The position numbers were made by a program, and so were the translations under genes. A stretch of DNA of 62,883 nucleotides, filler included, from Babesia bigemina (lineage: Eukaryota): the NCBI RefSeq assembly GCF_000981445.1. It is 8 parts of 8 records of this genome, joined end to end, with 100 filler letters (N's around TTAATTAATTAA, not from the genome) between each part and the next. Parts side by side here need not be neighbours in the genome. Positions count along the whole stretch, not along the records: positions 1 to 18,475 come from NW_012237204.1; positions 18,576 to 23,937 come from NW_012237206.1; 6 more parts are not named here. The stretch is one strand, 5' to 3'. The notes under the pieces are model-generated. The model was not told the DNA's origin. It saw only the letters and a program-made list of their open reading frames with translations, and searched no databases. This document shows positions 9,935-22,246 of the stretch, one piece after another. The stretch's first letter is position 1. Each line of letters opens with the position of its first letter.

Positions 9935-11660
9935 CATCCACCCTACATCGCCCCTTTATCCACTCTACATCGCCCCTTTATCCACTCCACATCGCTCCCT
10001 AACCCACTCTACATCGCTCCTTAACCCACTCCACATCGCTCCCTTATCCACTCTACATCGTCTCTTAAACCACTCTACATCGCTCCCTAACCCACTCTAC
10101 ATCGCTCCTTTACGCACTCTGCATCGCTCCTTAACCCACTCTACATCGCCCCTTTATCCACTCCACATCGCTCCCTAACCCACTCTACATCGCTCCCTAA
10201 CCCACTCCACATCGCTCCCTAACCCACTCTACATCGCCCCTTTACCCACTCTACATCGCTCCTCTACCCACTCCTCATCGCTCCCTAATCCACTCTACAT
10301 CGCCCCTTAACCCACTCTACATCGCTCCTCTACCCACTCTACATCGCCCCTTTACCCACTCCACATCGCTCCTCTACCCACTCTACATCGCCCCTTTATC
10401 CACTCTACATCGCCCCTTATCCACTCCACATCGCCCCTTAACCCACTCTACATCGCCCCTTAACCCACTCTACATCGCCCCTTAACCCACTCCACATCGC
10501 CCCTTTAACCACTCTACATCGCTCCTTTAACCACTCTACATCGCTCCTTATCCACCTGACATCGCTCCTTTATCCACTCCACATCGCTCCCTAACCCACT
10601 CTACATCGCTCCTTTATCCACTCTACATCGTTCCCTAACCCACTCTACATCGCCCCTTAACCACTCTACATCGCTCCTTATCCACTCTACATCGCCCCTT
10701 TACACACTCCACATCGCCCCTTAACCCACTCTTCATCGCTCCTTTATCCACTCCACATCGCTCCCTAACCCACTCTACATCGCTCCTTTATCCACTCTAC
10801 ATCGTTCCCTAACCCACTCTACATCGCCCCTTAACCACTCTACATCGCTCCTTATCCACTCTACATCGCCCCTTTACCCACTCCACATCGCCCCTTAACC
10901 CACTCTTCATCGCTCCTTAACCCACTCTACATCGCTCCCTAACCCACTCTACATCGCCCCTTTATCCACTCTACATCGCTCCTTTTTCCACTCTACATCG
11001 CCCCTTAACCCACTCTACATCGCCCCTTAACCCACTCTACATCGCTCCCTTACCCACTCTACATCGCTCCCTAACCCACTCTACACCGCCCCTTAACCCA
11101 CTCTACATCGCCCCTTTACCCACCCTTCATCGCTCCCTAACCCACTCTACATCGCCCCTTAACCCACTCTACATCGCTCCTCTACCCACTCTACGTCGCC
11201 CCTTTGTCCACTCTACATCGCTCCTTTACTCACTCTACATCGCTCCCTAACCCACTCTACATCGCCCCTTTACCCACTCTACATCGCCCCTTAACCCACT
11301 CTACATCGCTCCCTAACCCACTCTACATCGCTCCTTCATCCACTCTACATCGCTCCCTAACCCACTCCACATCGCTCCTCTATCCACTCTACATCGCTTT
11401 TCTATCCACTCTACATCGCTCCCTAACCCACTCTACATCGCCCCTTTACCCACTCTACATCGCTCCTTTATCCACTCTACATCGCTCCCTAACCCACTCT
11501 ACATCGCTCCCTAACCCACTCCACATCGCCCCTTAACCCACTCCACATCGCCCCTTTATCCACTCTACATCGCTCCCTAATCCACTCTACATCGCTCCTT
11601 TACCCACTCTACATCGCCCCTTAATCCACTCTACATCGCTCCCTAACCCACTCTACATCC
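9935..11660. repeat. 22-bp degenerate satellite (CCACTCTACATCGCTCCCTAAC)
   Basis: Tandem 22-nt units, C-rich on +. Confidence 0.97.
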
Positions 11661-11687
11661 CTCGAATTACCTCGCCATAATACCGCT

Positions 11688-14600
11688 ATGACCTCTTTAG
11701 ACCATTATAATAACTTGTGCCTTGTCACCCTTCACTTCCCCTCTTCCACCTCTTGCCACTGCCCTGACCATGTGTCGCCTAGGGAGCTTGACAAGAAATT
11801 TGACTAAATTTTGAACCTTAAAATTACCTCAAATAATAACCCTACTAACATCCTTAATAACCTCTGCACTGGCCTCGAAAAGTTTCTCGGCTTCAACTCT
11901 GAGTCCAAAGGCTACACTGGCCAGGGGATTGTGTACTCTGACTTGGATAGGCTGTGTGATGCGGTGATGGGATTTTTGAGTGGTGTGCTTGGTGCGGTGA
12001 AAAACGAAAATGAAGTGATAACTTATGATAATAATCTTCAAACAAAGCTTAAAGATGTACTAGACACCTTAAATACTAAAATTGGCTCCGGGCGTACTGG
12101 GCTTGCGGTGTCTGTCGGCGCGGTGAGGGAATGGTTGGAGGGGTATGAGGGTGAAGTAAAAAAGAGAACAGAAAATGTTAAAAAACGTTTAAATGCATTA
12201 AGAACAATAATTGCAAACACTACTAGTGAAATAGACAGTTTGAAAAATTCTAAGCTGGAAACCCAATTAAGCCACTGGAAGACAACAGTCGGAGAGATGG
12301 ACAAATGGGTGGAAGAGACTGAGAGAGAACATATAAGCAAGTTGAATGGCGCGTTGCAGGTCGAAATAAAGCGGGAATTAAAACCGATAAAGACGGTTAT
12401 CAATGTATTGCATGAGTCTGCGCAAAACGACCTGTTTCAGTGGCAGGCTGGGCAGGTTGATAGCGTGCTGGTGAAGCAGATGACAGAAATAGTTACAGGA
12501 ATTAATGACCTACGTGAAGAAAAGCAAAAACATTTTATAAGTATATATGGGCGTTTAAAGAACGCCGAAGTTTTTCTGAAGAATGATCTGGATAGGGAAT
12601 ACAGGGATGTGATTACGAAGAAGTTTGAAAATCTGAAATTGCAGATGGCGCAAATCGATCCTGATAATGTATTATTTGGAGCTTACAATAAAAACTCACA
12701 AATCTATCAGGAAGTTAATGATATTACGACAAAGCTTAGAACAACTGGTGAAGAGCTAAAAAGTAATAATGATAATCTCAATGCGTGGAAAAGAGAAGCC
12801 GAAAAAGCCATTTCAAAAGCAAAACAAAAGGTAACAGATGTGGTGGACGTCCTCCATGGAAGAGAACAACTAAAGGAAAATAATGTGACAAAACGTATCG
12901 CTGTAGAAACCGCAGCAAAGGTGTTAAATGATGAAGCTAAGATACTGATGCGTGCCATAGAAGCGGCTAAAGGCAACTTGAGTACAACAGTCGCCGCGGC
13001 GCAGAGTGCTATTAGAGATGTGGACGGTTCGCTTAAAGACGGTTTACATAGACTGAAAACAGGTATAAATGCAGGTATAAGGAGTTATGTCCAAAAGCTG
13101 GCAGATGCTTTTACAGCGGGGATACCTAAGGCTGGATGGTCTGGGAGAGAAGGGTTCAACGCCTTTAAAGGTGTTATGAAGGGAAATACGTTAAACTCTG
13201 ATAGCAAGTTTGGCGAGCAGTTGGAGGATATCGGTTTTTCGAATCCTGATCTTGCTCTTGCCATAGAAACCGCACTGAAATATTTTAATCAGCAAAAAGC
13301 GGCGTGGGATAAGAAATCCAAAGATCTCGCGAGTGCTCTCACACAGGACCTCAACGACAAAGTGGAAGCATTTTTGCCAAAAGATAAAGAACTAGTTGGT
13401 TCCTCGGAAAAGGTTGGTCTAGAGCAGCTGCTTCCATACAGTAGCAATCACGGTACGGGCTCGAAGAAAGATCTTGATGCAAAGGTCAGGGCCATTGAAG
13501 GCGTGGATAAAATACTTGACAATATCAATTATCCTGAAGGAAAGGGGAATAAGCTTAACATGAAGCATATATCAGAGGCACACAATGACATAAGGAAGAA
13601 GTTCAATGAATATACCGGTACTGTGGAAAAATTACTGCACGGTGATTTAAGTTTTTCCACGAAGGATCATCTTAATTTTCATCTGATGAAGTTGAGCGCC
13701 ATGCTTACTGACAATGTCACCTTATACTCCGACGTTACGCATGGCCTAGAAACAATTCATAAGGAACTTCAGGACATCTATAACAACGAGCTATCTACAA
13801 AACCTGGAAATATACAAACCGTTATAAACTCTGTTCTCACAAAAATAAAGAAATTAGAGGACATTCCGGCAGACATCGAAAAGAAAAAGGAGGAAGCTGT
13901 AAACAAGATGGCTGAGTTAAAGGCAGAAGTTGAAACATATATTGTTTTCATCCGTCAAGCCGTTGAACAGGCTGAACGTGCGTTTTCGGATGCCGTAAAT
14001 GCAGTGCTAATAGCAGTCAAATCATCTTTCAACTTCATAACAATTCAGTTCCGCAAGTTCTTCGCAGACGGCCGAAAAGCCGACCAGGTGGCGCTCAAAA
14101 AGTTGGTGGATGAACAGGTTCCCATTATTAAAAGCATCATTGATGATGACAAACGGAACGGTATTAAAGGCCTGCTTAAGTGGCTGTATGATGCGAAAGG
14201 AAGCAGGCTTAGTCAAATTGTAACAACCTTAGGTCCTCCCGCACAACCGAAGGATTATTCGGAGAAGTTCATGACGCTGTCCACCAAATTCGAGGACTAC
14301 GCCGATGTCATATTAGCCTACGTCGAACATCAAGCCATGACCCCCGGAAAAACTGCCAGCCTGCCCACCGACCAGTCCGAGAGGGTCAGAGACATCAAGA
14401 CCGTACTGGACAACTTGCTTGGCCACCTAACAATCAATGACACAAAAATTCATAATTTCGACCACATTTATGTGTCTTATTTGACTGCCCTTAATGACTC
14501 TCTTAATAAACTTTCTCCCACCTTCTCCTCCCCCTCCCCCCTCCTCGCCCCCCTCAAGGCCGGCCTCTCCAAATTCGCCGAGCAACTCGGCCACGCGTAC

Positions 14601-16973
14601 GTGAACAGGTACTCGGGTCAAAAATACACTGCGTTAACTGAACAAAAACAGGTTCCTGATCCTAAACAACCTGGCACCGACCAAAAAATAACCGTTGATG
14701 TTTTAACCCCTGAGGGCCGGAACTGCGCCAAGGTCTGCCTGACGATAGTGGAGATGGTGACCAAAAATTTTGTAGAGTTGCAAGATGAATGTCAAGTCTA
14801 CAAAAGTAAGCAAATTAACACGTATGATGATAATTTATTTGGCGAATGTTTTACGAAACGTGGTTTCACGGTGACGTCCGACAAGGGTAGGCAGCACGGC
14901 GAGTTACAAGACAAGAGTGACATGAACGGTATTAAAGTCGAAAAGTTGCGTAATAATGTTATAAGTAACGCCGCCAATAATGATCTGTTAAAGAGGTGGA
15001 AACAAGCCAAAAATGCGAAAAATAAAGTACGTCCCACTAAAGGAACTGTGGATATAACACTCTTCGATGTAATAGACTTTCTGCAGGGTTACCTCGTCAC
15101 GTATTACAAGGTCCGTCACCTTCGCCATATCGAGAAGCCCGTGGCTCCGTCCAACGTCTATCAAATGCTACAATGGCTCCTCGGTTTGTGGTACCATCCG
15201 GTATGTTTCCCATTGAGGGTATCCACTATGGAGTTGTTCCCTAAGCCTAAAGGGATGGAGGGGAAAACGCACAGAGAAATAGGTTCCGCGAATTTGAAGC
15301 TTGAAGCGTATCCTCATACTTTGACACCTAATGGTTTTGCAACTAAGCTGCTGGAAAACGTTTGCTTATATTCAAATGACGTATTGATTGCTATCCTCGG
15401 CCACGGCCACGCAGGCGGCCGTTATGCTTGCGACTTTTATACTAACGAAGATAACTTGGATTATCCCAGCAGCGCCGCTTTATGTTTCGATATGCTCGTC
15501 GATGTATCGTTCAGAGTATACGAACAGCTCTACTTCCTATTCGTTCAGTGCTCACGTACGTACGAATCTAACAGCTGGCAGGAGTGTTGGTATGGCCAAG
15601 GTATTGCCGGCTCATCATGGACGTGTAATGAAAAGCAATGTGGCAACCAAAACTGCCCTCAATTGGCTGACCAAAAGGCCAACCAAAACGCTGGCCAAAG
15701 AGCCAACCAAAGTGCTGCCCTAACGTGTGACTTGCACTCTAAATGCGGCCTAAAATCGCCATTGCAATCATTCCTTGAAGATGGTCTGCAAGGTTTTCTT
15801 CCTCACCAATTCGAGAAGCCAGGGTGCAAGTTGACATGTACTGTGTCTAAACACGGCGGTATCCCGTGCAAAACGCCCATGGGTTTCTCGTATATAGGGA
15901 GTATTTCATCGCATACTAAACAAGGTGAGCACATTGCGAAAGCGCTTGATGCATTCTGCGGACAGGTGGTTAGTCCACTAAGCAAATTTTGTGCCTACTT
16001 GGTGTGCCTGTTGCAACGCCCTCCACAAAACCTGAGTGACATGTTCTCCTTCTATAACAATTTCCTCTATGGGTGGGAAAATGCTGGCAAAGATCATAGA
16101 AGTGATGCGTTCGATAGCGCTGTCACTAAGGCCTACTTTGGAGTTTCATATGAAGAATTGGACCCATCATTACTGTTTAGTAGTAGCCATTCCGCTGAAC
16201 ACAAAAGTCGTGACTTATTCAGTCTCCTATGCCACGGGGACAATAAAACAGTGACCACCTGCGGCCGATACTTGCAGCCTATCAGCGCTAATACATGGAC
16301 TTTGTTTTCCAAACAAAATGGCGACAAGTATTTGTCGTGGATTGTCTACCTCTCAGAGTCCTTCTATAATTTGCTTGATCAATTATACAAGGAGTGTTGC
16401 AAAAATTGTACATCTGCTGGATCACGTTGCCACGGTAAAACCTGCGTCGCGGATTGCAAAGTCAGATCCCACTACGCATCTCTGGCATCTGCTGCCGAAA
16501 GCAAAACTCCTGCCCCCGCACCTACCGATCACCATCACAACCAGTTATGCAAACCCATATCCCACTGTCCGTTCACACGTCCCACCTTCTGCAAGTATGG
16601 TTTTGTATTGAAAAGCCTATCCAATATGAGCGGTGACAATGGCGAAGAGACGATGCGTACCTGCAAAGATCTATGTAACGCATTGCAGAAGGTTCTGAGC
16701 GATAAAATAGATGATGGCGCTCCACTCGCGAAACTGGTACACGAGACGATTCCAAACTTCCTCTTCAAAATTCGGGAACCATTCATCTGGCTCAACGTCG
16801 CCCTCTGGCTCCTCTCTGTCCTGTACCTCCTCCACATCATGGTCATCCGCCTCGACCTGCTACACATCAAATCGCATTTGCATAGTCCATCATCGCATCG
16901 TATCGCTGCTCAATCCTTACTTGCTGCTGCACGTGTTAACAAGCTTAACAGAGTGTTTTACCTGCAACCATAA
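11688..16973 (+). CDS. VESA/ves2-like antigen, class 1 tail; leader ATG 11688 interrupted by in-frame TAA at 11805-11807
   Basis: ORF 11811..16973 has the family motifs, KSPLQSFLEDGL, a TM helix and the class 1 tail. The leader matches the open MTSINHD... start of the gene at 31436. Confidence 0.88.
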
Positions 16974-17094
16974 TCGTACTCACGTGTTTACTGTCTACAC
17001 TCACCTAGCATCACCTACTCACCTAACTTATGAATTGTTGTTTAATCTGTTGTATCACTCATTAATCGTTGTATGTGGTTGTGTAATAGTTAAC

Positions 17095-18475
17095 TAAAGT
17101 GTTGACCAATGCCATGACCAAGGTGCTGACCAATGCCATGACCAACGTGCTGACCAAAGTGGTGACCAAGGTGCTGACCAAGGTGCTGACCAAGCACCTG
17201 ACCAAGTTGATGGACACGGCAGCGATGATATGGTTACGGCAGCGATGACATGGTTACGGCAGCGATGACTGGTCACGGCAGCGATGACATGGTTACGGCA
17301 GCGATGACATGGTTATGGCAGCGATGACATGGTCACGGCAGCGGTGACATGGTCACGGCAGCGATGACATTGCCACGGCAGCGATGACATGGTCACGGCA
17401 GCGATGACATGGTCACGGCAGCGAGGACATGGTTACGGCAGCGATGTCATGGTTACGGCAGCGATGACATGGTCACGGCAGCGATGACATGGTTACGGCA
17501 GCGATGACATGGACACGGCAGCGATGACATGGACACGGCAGCGATGACATGGACACGGCAGCGATGACATGGTCACGGCAGCGATGACATTGTTATGGTC
17601 ACGGCAGCGAGGACATGGTCACTGCAGCGAGGACATGGTCACTGCAGCGATGACATGGTTACGGCAGCGATGACATGGTCACGGCAGCGATGACATGGCC
17701 TAAGTGGTGATTATTATCCACTCTACATCGCTCCTTTACCCACTCTACATCGCTCCTTTGTCCACTCTACATCGCTCCTTTACCCACTCCTCATCGCCCC
17801 TTAACCCACTCTACATCGCCCCTTAACCCGCTCTACATCGCTCCTTTATCCACTCTACATCGCTCCTTTATCCACTCTACATCGCCCCTTACCCACTCTA
17901 CATCGCCCCTTAACGCACTCTACATCGCTCCCTAACCCACTCTACATCGCCCCTTAACCCACTCCACATCGCTCCTTATCCACTCCACATCGCCCCTTTA
18001 TCCACTCCACATCGCCCCTTTACCCACTCCACATCGCCCCTTAACCCACTCCACATCGCTCCTTTATCCACTCCACATCGCCCCTTTACCCACTCCACAT
18101 CGCTCCCTAACCCACTCTACATCGCTCCCTAACCCACTCCACATCGCTCCTTTCCCCACTCTACATCGCTCCCTAATCCACTCTACATCGCTCCCTTACC
18201 CACTCTACATCGCTCCTTTATCCACTCTACATCGCTCCTTTATCCACTCTACATCGCTCCTAACCCACTCTACATCGCTCCCTAACCCACTCTACATCGC
18301 CCCTTTGCCAACTCCACATCGCCCCTTTACCCACTCTACATCGCCCCTAATCCACTCTACATCGCCCCTTAATCCACTCTACATCGCTCCTTCATCCACT
18401 CTACATCGCCCCTTTACCCACTCTACATCGCCCCTTTATCCACTCTACATCGCCCCTTTATACACTCTACATCGC
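17095..18475. repeat. 12-bp repeat (17095-17209), 20-bp satellite (17210-17698), 22-bp satellite (17716-18475)
   Basis: Same order and units as 9456-11660. Confidence 0.95.
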
Positions 18476-18575
18476 NNNNNNNNNNNNNNNNNNNNNNNNN
18501 NNNNNNNNNNNNNNNNNNNTTAATTAATTAANNNNNNNNNNNNNNNNNNNNNNNNNNNNNNNNNNNNNNNNNNNN
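18476..18575. other. Artificial contig linker N44-TTAATTAATTAA-N44 (also 23938-24037, 43926-44025, 47549-47648, 50034-50133, 58330-58429, 60453-60552)
   Basis: Seven identical 100-bp spacers with stops in all six frames. Confidence 0.97.
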
Positions 18576-20379
18576 AGCTGAATAAGATAAGATGAGTAGC
18601 AATAACAAGGCAAATTAGAATCAAGGCTTATCTAAGGCCAGAAACAGGAAGATGAGTAGCTGAATAAGATAAGATGAGTAGCTGAATAAGATAAGATGAG
18701 TAGCTGAATAAGATAAGATGAGTAGCTGAATAAGATAAGATGAGTAGCTGAATAAGATAAGATGAGTAGCTGAATAAGATAAGATGAGTAGCTGAATAAG
18801 ATAAGATGAGTAGCTGAATAAGATAAGATGAGTAGCTGAATAAGATAAGATGAGTAGCTGAATAAGATAAGATGAGTAGCTGAATAAGATAAGATGAGTA
18901 GCTGAATAAGATGAGTAGCAATAACAAGGCAAATTAGAATCAAGGCTTATCTAAGGCCAGAAACAGGAAGATGAGTAGCTGAATAAGATAAGATGAGTAG
19001 CTGAATAAGATAAGATGAGTAGCTGAATAAGATAAGATGAGTAGCTGAATAAGATAAGATGAGTAGCTGAATAAGATAAGATGAGTAGCTGAATAAGATA
19101 AGATGAGTAGCTGAATAAGATAAGATGAGTAGCTGAATAAGATAAGATGAGTAGCTGAATAAGATGAGTAGCAATAACAAGGCAAATTAGAATCAAGGCT
19201 TATCTAAGGCCAGAAACAGGAAGATGAGTAGCTGAATAAGATAAGATGAGTAGCTGAATAAGATAAGATGAGTAGCAATAACAAGGCAAATTAGAATCAA
19301 GGCTTATCTAAGGCCAGAAACAGGAAGATGAGTAGCTGAATAAGATAAGATGAGTAGCTGAATAAGATAAGATGAGTAGCTGAATAAGATAAGATGAGTA
19401 GCTGAATAAGATAAGATGAGTAGCTGAATAAGATAAGATGAGTAGCTGAATAAGATGAGTAGCAATAACAAGGCAAATTAGAATCAAGGCTTATCTAAGG
19501 CCAGAAACAGGAAGATGAGTAGCTGAATAAGATAAGATGAGTAGCTGAATAAGATAAGATGAGTAGCTGAATAAGATAAGATGAGTAGCTGAATAAGATA
19601 AGATGAGTAGCTGAATAAGATAAGATGAGTAGCTGAATAAGATAAGATGAGTAGCTGAATAAGATGAGTAGCAATAACAAGGCAAATTAGAATCAAGGCT
19701 TATCTAAGGCCAGAAACAGGAAGATGAGTAGCTGAATAAGATAAGATGAGTAGCTGAATAAGATAAGATGAGTAGCTGAATAAGATAAGATGAGTAGCTG
19801 AATAAGATAAGATGAGTAGCTGAATAAGATAAGATGAGTAGCTGAATAAGATAAGATGAGTAGCTGAATAAGATAAGATGAGTAGCTGAATAAGATAAGA
19901 TGAGTAGCTGAATAAGATAAGATGAGTAGCTGAATAAGATAAGATGAGTAGCTGAATAAGATAAGATGAGTAGCTGAATAAGATAAGATGAGTAGCTGAA
20001 TAAGATAAGATGAGTAGCTGAATAAGATAAGATGAGTAGCTGAATAAGATAAGATGAGTAGCTGAATAAGATAAGATGAGTAGCTGAATAAGATAAGATG
20101 AGTAGCAATAACAAGGCAAATTAGAATCAAGGCTTATCTAAGGCCAGAAACAGGAAGATGAGTAGCTGAATAAGATAAGATGAGTAGCTGAATAAGATAA
20201 GATGAGTAGCTGAATAAGATGAGTAGCAATAACAAGGCAAATTAGAATCAAGGCTTATCTAAGGCCAGAAACAGGAAGATGAGTAGCTGAATAAGATAAG
20301 ATGAGTAGCTGAATAAGATAAGATGAGTAGCTGAATAAGATAAGATGAGTAGCTGAATAAGATAAGATGAGTAGCTGAA
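18576..20379. repeat. Homogeneous higher-order array: 22-bp unit A (GATGAGTAGCTGAATAAGATAA)n alternating with a 60-bp unit B
   Basis: B units start at 18591, 18910, 19163, 19267, 19454, 19663, 20097 and 20218. No substitutions seen. Confidence 0.97.
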
Positions 20380-22246
20380 ATAGAGATACGGTGGAACAAG
20401 AACACAATCATGCACAAGAAAGTGGAGAGGGGCATTCTCCAAGGCGACAGCCTATCGCCCCTTTTCTTCGTGCTGTGCTTGGACCCGCTGAGCAGGCACC
20501 TGACTCGCATCTTCCCCAAGGTGGAGTTAAGCGTGACCGGCGGCAGGATATTCGCCACAAACCACTTTCTCTATATTGACGACCTCAAGTTCTTCGCCCA
20601 CGAGGAAAGTACGATGAGAGGAATGGGCCGAGAAGTGGAGAAGTTCTTCAACGACATAGGACTCAGGATCAACCGCGACAAGTCGGCAACCAACACGGAG
20701 GCGTGCGCCAGCATCGCCAAGCAGATGGAAGGCCCGGAAACGTACAAGTACTTGGGAGTCACAGAGACTTCAAACTCACTGACAAGCGACGGAATGTTCG
20801 ACATAATACTACAGGAGATATGCAGGAGAACGGAGCTACTGGCTGCGTCAAAGCTGTCGGGGAAAAACCTCTCGATGGCCATCAACCAGTACGCCCTCAG
20901 CGTCATCAACTACTACATCGGCGTGATCCCTATGGACATCACGCATGTCGACAAGATCGACCTGGCAGTACGGAGAATAATTAACGCGAAGCACGGACAC
21001 AAGAAGTGGGCGAACACACAGAGGCTCTACCTCCCCCGGAAAGAGATGGGGAGAGGGCTCCACAGCATGGTATTTAGAGCGGAAGCCATGCTGCTACGAC
21101 TGTGGTTGACGCTTTCAGCAGACGAGGTGACGTCAACCAGGAGAGCTGCGATCATGCAGCATTTTCGCGACACATACGCGCACATATCTCACATCAAGAT
21201 GCACCTGGAAGGAAGATATGGAATGGAATTCGGAATGGAGGACACTACGGACAAGAGCCTCAGGGACCTCAGGGTGGCCCAAAACAAATGGCTGTACAAC
21301 AGAATGCACGTAAAATCAACTCATAAGGTCCTGTATGCCAAGCGTGAGGACCCCAAGCTGGACATTGAGGCGTCGTCCTTGTACCTGACGTGTGGAATAC
21401 TCACTCCGGAAGAAGAAGCGAACGTAGCGGAAGTCCAGGATAGGAATCTGCAATGGATGTCTTCGTCCAAGAAATGCACAAGATGCAACAACGGCAAGAA
21501 CGTGGATCACCTCGCGACGAAGTGCCAGAAACTACTACACCTAGAATATACGAAGAGGCACAACGAGGTAGCAAAACGGGTCCACTCAGTACTCGGGAGG
21601 CAAATAGGACTACCCAAGGAGAAGATAGACGCCCACAAGATCGAGAGTGAAGTACATGGAAAATACGGATGGATCGCGTACGACAAGACGGTCAAGACTC
21701 AGAAGACTAAGGAATACAACAGGCCAGACATCATCCTGGCGGATCGGCGGAGGAACACCATAACCATCGTGGAGATAGGAATCACCAATCAAGACAACCT
21801 AGTGGATACGGAGAAGTTCAAGAAGCAGAAGTATGAAGACCTTATTGAGGACCTCAAGGCGCGACAGTTTAACCAGCACACCAAGATCAGGGTTATCCCC
21901 TACGTTATGACGTGGGAGGGAATAGTGACAAAGGAGCACAGCAAGTACAGACGGGACCTGGGCATATCGGATCGCATGGAAGCCCACATACAAAGGGTAG
22001 TGATCCAAGAAACACATAAAATAGTGATGAGGGATATGAAGCCGAAAGAAGACTACGATTCCGTAGAAGACCCTCAAGCCCAAACTGGATGGATGCCCGC
22101 ATGGATGGCACCAGTGACGTCCGGCAATGGACCGGCGTGGATCCCGCAACCGGTTTCAGCGTGAGGCGTTAGCCCCGCAAACACGAAAACCGGCCCTAGG
22201 CACGTAGCCACATAGCACACTATAAGATGAGATAACTTAATTTAAC
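20380..22246 (+). mobile_element. Same RLE-type non-LTR retrotransposon, copy 2; 5'-truncated inside RT, 3' end intact
   Basis: Position 20380 corresponds to 1552 of copy 1. The 82-nt 3' UTR ends ...TTAATTTAAC with no poly(A), then antigen-gene sequence ATGATGCTACTAGAAG begins at 22247. Confidence 0.93.
20410..22164 (+). CDS. C-terminal 584 aa of the retrotransposon protein (RT C-half, CCHC, RLE)
   Basis: QGDSLSP, YIDD, CTRC..H..C, RHN, and RPDIILAD..IVEIGIT..K..KY (PD-(D/E)xK type). Confidence 0.9.
   Translation: MHKKVERGILQGDSLSPLFFVLCLDPLSRHLTRIFPKVELSVTGGRIFATNHFLYIDDLKFFAHEESTMRGMGREVEKFFNDIGLRINRDKSATNTEACASIAKQMEGPETYKYLGVTETSNSLTSDGMFDIILQEICRRTELLAASKLSGKNLSMAINQYALSVINYYIGVIPMDITHVDKIDLAVRRIINAKHGHKKWANTQRLYLPRKEMGRGLHSMVFRAEAMLLRLWLTLSADEVTSTRRAAIMQHFRDTYAHISHIKMHLEGRYGMEFGMEDTTDKSLRDLRVAQNKWLYNRMHVKSTHKVLYAKREDPKLDIEASSLYLTCGILTPEEEANVAEVQDRNLQWMSSSKKCTRCNNGKNVDHLATKCQKLLHLEYTKRHNEVAKRVHSVLGRQIGLPKEKIDAHKIESEVHGKYGWIAYDKTVKTQKTKEYNRPDIILADRRRNTITIVEIGITNQDNLVDTEKFKKQKYEDLIEDLKARQFNQHTKIRVIPYVMTWEGIVTKEHSKYRRDLGISDRMEAHIQRVVIQETHKIVMRDMKPKEDYDSVEDPQAQTGWMPAWMAPVTSGNGPAWIPQPVSA

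Noticed and set aside
9924..11536. ORFs such as STSLPNPLYIAP repeats (also the VTAAMT, LALCL and VLTK types elsewhere)
   Set aside because: Translations of satellites with frequent indels and stops.
18476..18575. TTAATTAATTAA palindrome inside N runs
   Set aside because: Identical 100-bp assembly linker; not biological. Gene order across linkers was not interpreted.
18621..20130. Hydrophobic repeat ORFs open in all three minus frames (never-ending-ORF idea)
   Set aside because: The G-poor 22-mer simply lacks stop codons, and every B unit closes the frames; no coding evidence.
18576..20379. CRISPR-like alternation of repeats and spacers
   Set aside because: The 'spacers' are identical or tandem copies, there are no cas genes, and the context is eukaryotic.
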